Shown: positions 62,806 through 64,000 of the stretch, one piece after another | Layout of the letters: every line of letters starts with the position of its first letter | Numbering within the stretch: the stretch's first letter is position 1 | Assembly: GCF_006345805.1 (NCBI RefSeq) | Contig: NC_043003.1 | Coordinates: 52,018,001 to 52,082,000, forward strand | DNA length: 64,000 nt | DNA from: Octopus sinensis | Taxonomy: Eukaryota | Reading direction: 5' to 3' | The notes under the pieces: model-generated | Databases searched by the model: none | What the model was told of the DNA's origin: nothing | The model's input: the letters and a program-made list of their open reading frames with translations, nothing else | Position numbers and translations under genes: made by a program

Positions 62806-62980
62806 CTATGAAATGGAGAGGAGTATCAAGATTACAGCGTGATGAGCTTAAGCAATTGTATGGATTTCCTCTGCATGAAATCGTTGGTTGCCTTGTTAAT
62901 CCATAAATAAAAGTATTCACCAATGTAGTATTGAGCAGTTATTCTCACTGTTCGATACTAGCATACACACATACTCGCAC

Positions 62981-63024
<44 letters not shown>

Positions 63025-63029
63025 ACACA

Positions 63030-63094
<65 letters not shown>

Positions 63095-63139
63095 GGCCGA
63101 AATTTTAAAGTTACTGTCACCCTATCTCTGATTCCCAAC

Positions 63140-64000
63140 ACGGCTTCGTGCCGAAGAGATCATGCTTGACCAACTTACTGGTAATGAAAGAATTGGTGAC
63201 GCGTATCATGGATGATGGTGACGCTGTTGACATCGTTTTATTGGACTTTGCCAAAGCTTTTGACTCGGTTAACCACCGCTTATTACTTGTCAAGCTTGAA
63301 GCATATAGTTTCCATCCGGATATTGTACGATGGGTTGGTGCCTTCCTCTCAGATCGCTCCTTCCAAGTCCAAGTTAATGGTTCGCTGTCCGACGTCTCCA
63401 GTGCGAGCAGTGGCGTGCCTCAAGGTTCAGTGCTTGGGCCCTTATTGTTTTTAGTCTTCATAAATGACTTGCCCGACGACCTCACGCAACACACCCTTCT
63501 ATTTGCCGATGATGTCAAACTGGTCGCTCCTCGCGGTGATATAGATGATCTTCGTCGATGTCTCCACCAAGTTTGGAGATGGTCTAACGAATGGGACCTG
63601 TGTCTGAACGTGTCAAAGTGCTGTCATCTGCCTGTTGGCTCTTCTCCTGCAACTCAACTTGATTTCGAGCCGGGTCGTCTGCTGCTGGAGAGGACCGACC
63701 AGGTAAAGGACCTGGGTATCTTGGTGGATTTTTCCTTTTCACCTTCGGCCTAATGCGTCCATGCTGCCAACAAAGCACGCAGAGTTCTGTTTTTGATTCG
63801 ACGGTCATTCGGAATGCTCACAGCAGCCATATTCCTACTGCTCTATGTCATGCTTGTGAGACCCATGTTGGAGTACGGGATTCAAGCCTCTTTTCCTTAT
63901 CTCCTCAAAGACATACATCATCTCGAAAGAGTCCAGAAGCTGGCTACCCGCATGGTTCTTGGTCTCAAGCATTTGTCTTATGAAGAAAGGCTGAAGACGC
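63140..64000 (+). mobile_element. CR1 LINE RT region; runs off the window
   Basis: RSCLTNLL, LDFAKAFDSVNH, GVPQGSVLGPLLF, LFADD, VKDLG; stop at 63751-63753. Confidence 0.92.

Overview
AT-rich, microsatellite-dense animal genomic DNA with no confidently recognisable host protein-coding gene. The tRNA-derived SINE families, (AAT)n/(TA)n/(CA)n tracts and repeat mix point to an octopus (inference). The window is almost entirely intronic or intergenic and is built from nested mobile elements: several SINE families; L1-clade Tx1, RTE, CR1, R4/Dong and I/Jockey-group LINE fragments; Tc1/mariner remnants; non-autonomous Helitrons; and MITEs. Most ORFs in the supplied track are microsatellite artefacts. 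Main observations: (1) an intact ORF1-only Tx1-like retrotransposon (47835-49943) sits inside the tRNA head of a SINE with a 16-17 bp TSD; (2) an unrelated RTE LINE is inserted in another copy of the same SINE, with a TSD starting at the same base, and a second Tx1 element starts in the head of a different SINE family, suggesting SINE heads are retrotransposon targets; (3) five or six minimal type-I hammerhead ribozyme motifs, several inside partial tandem or inverted repeats (Penelope/retrozyme-like); (4) two different R4/Dong 3' ends fused head-to-head inside an (AAT)n tract; (5) a 217-bp inverted copy of nearby DNA at an RTE 5' junction. All alignments were done by eye; no searches were run.
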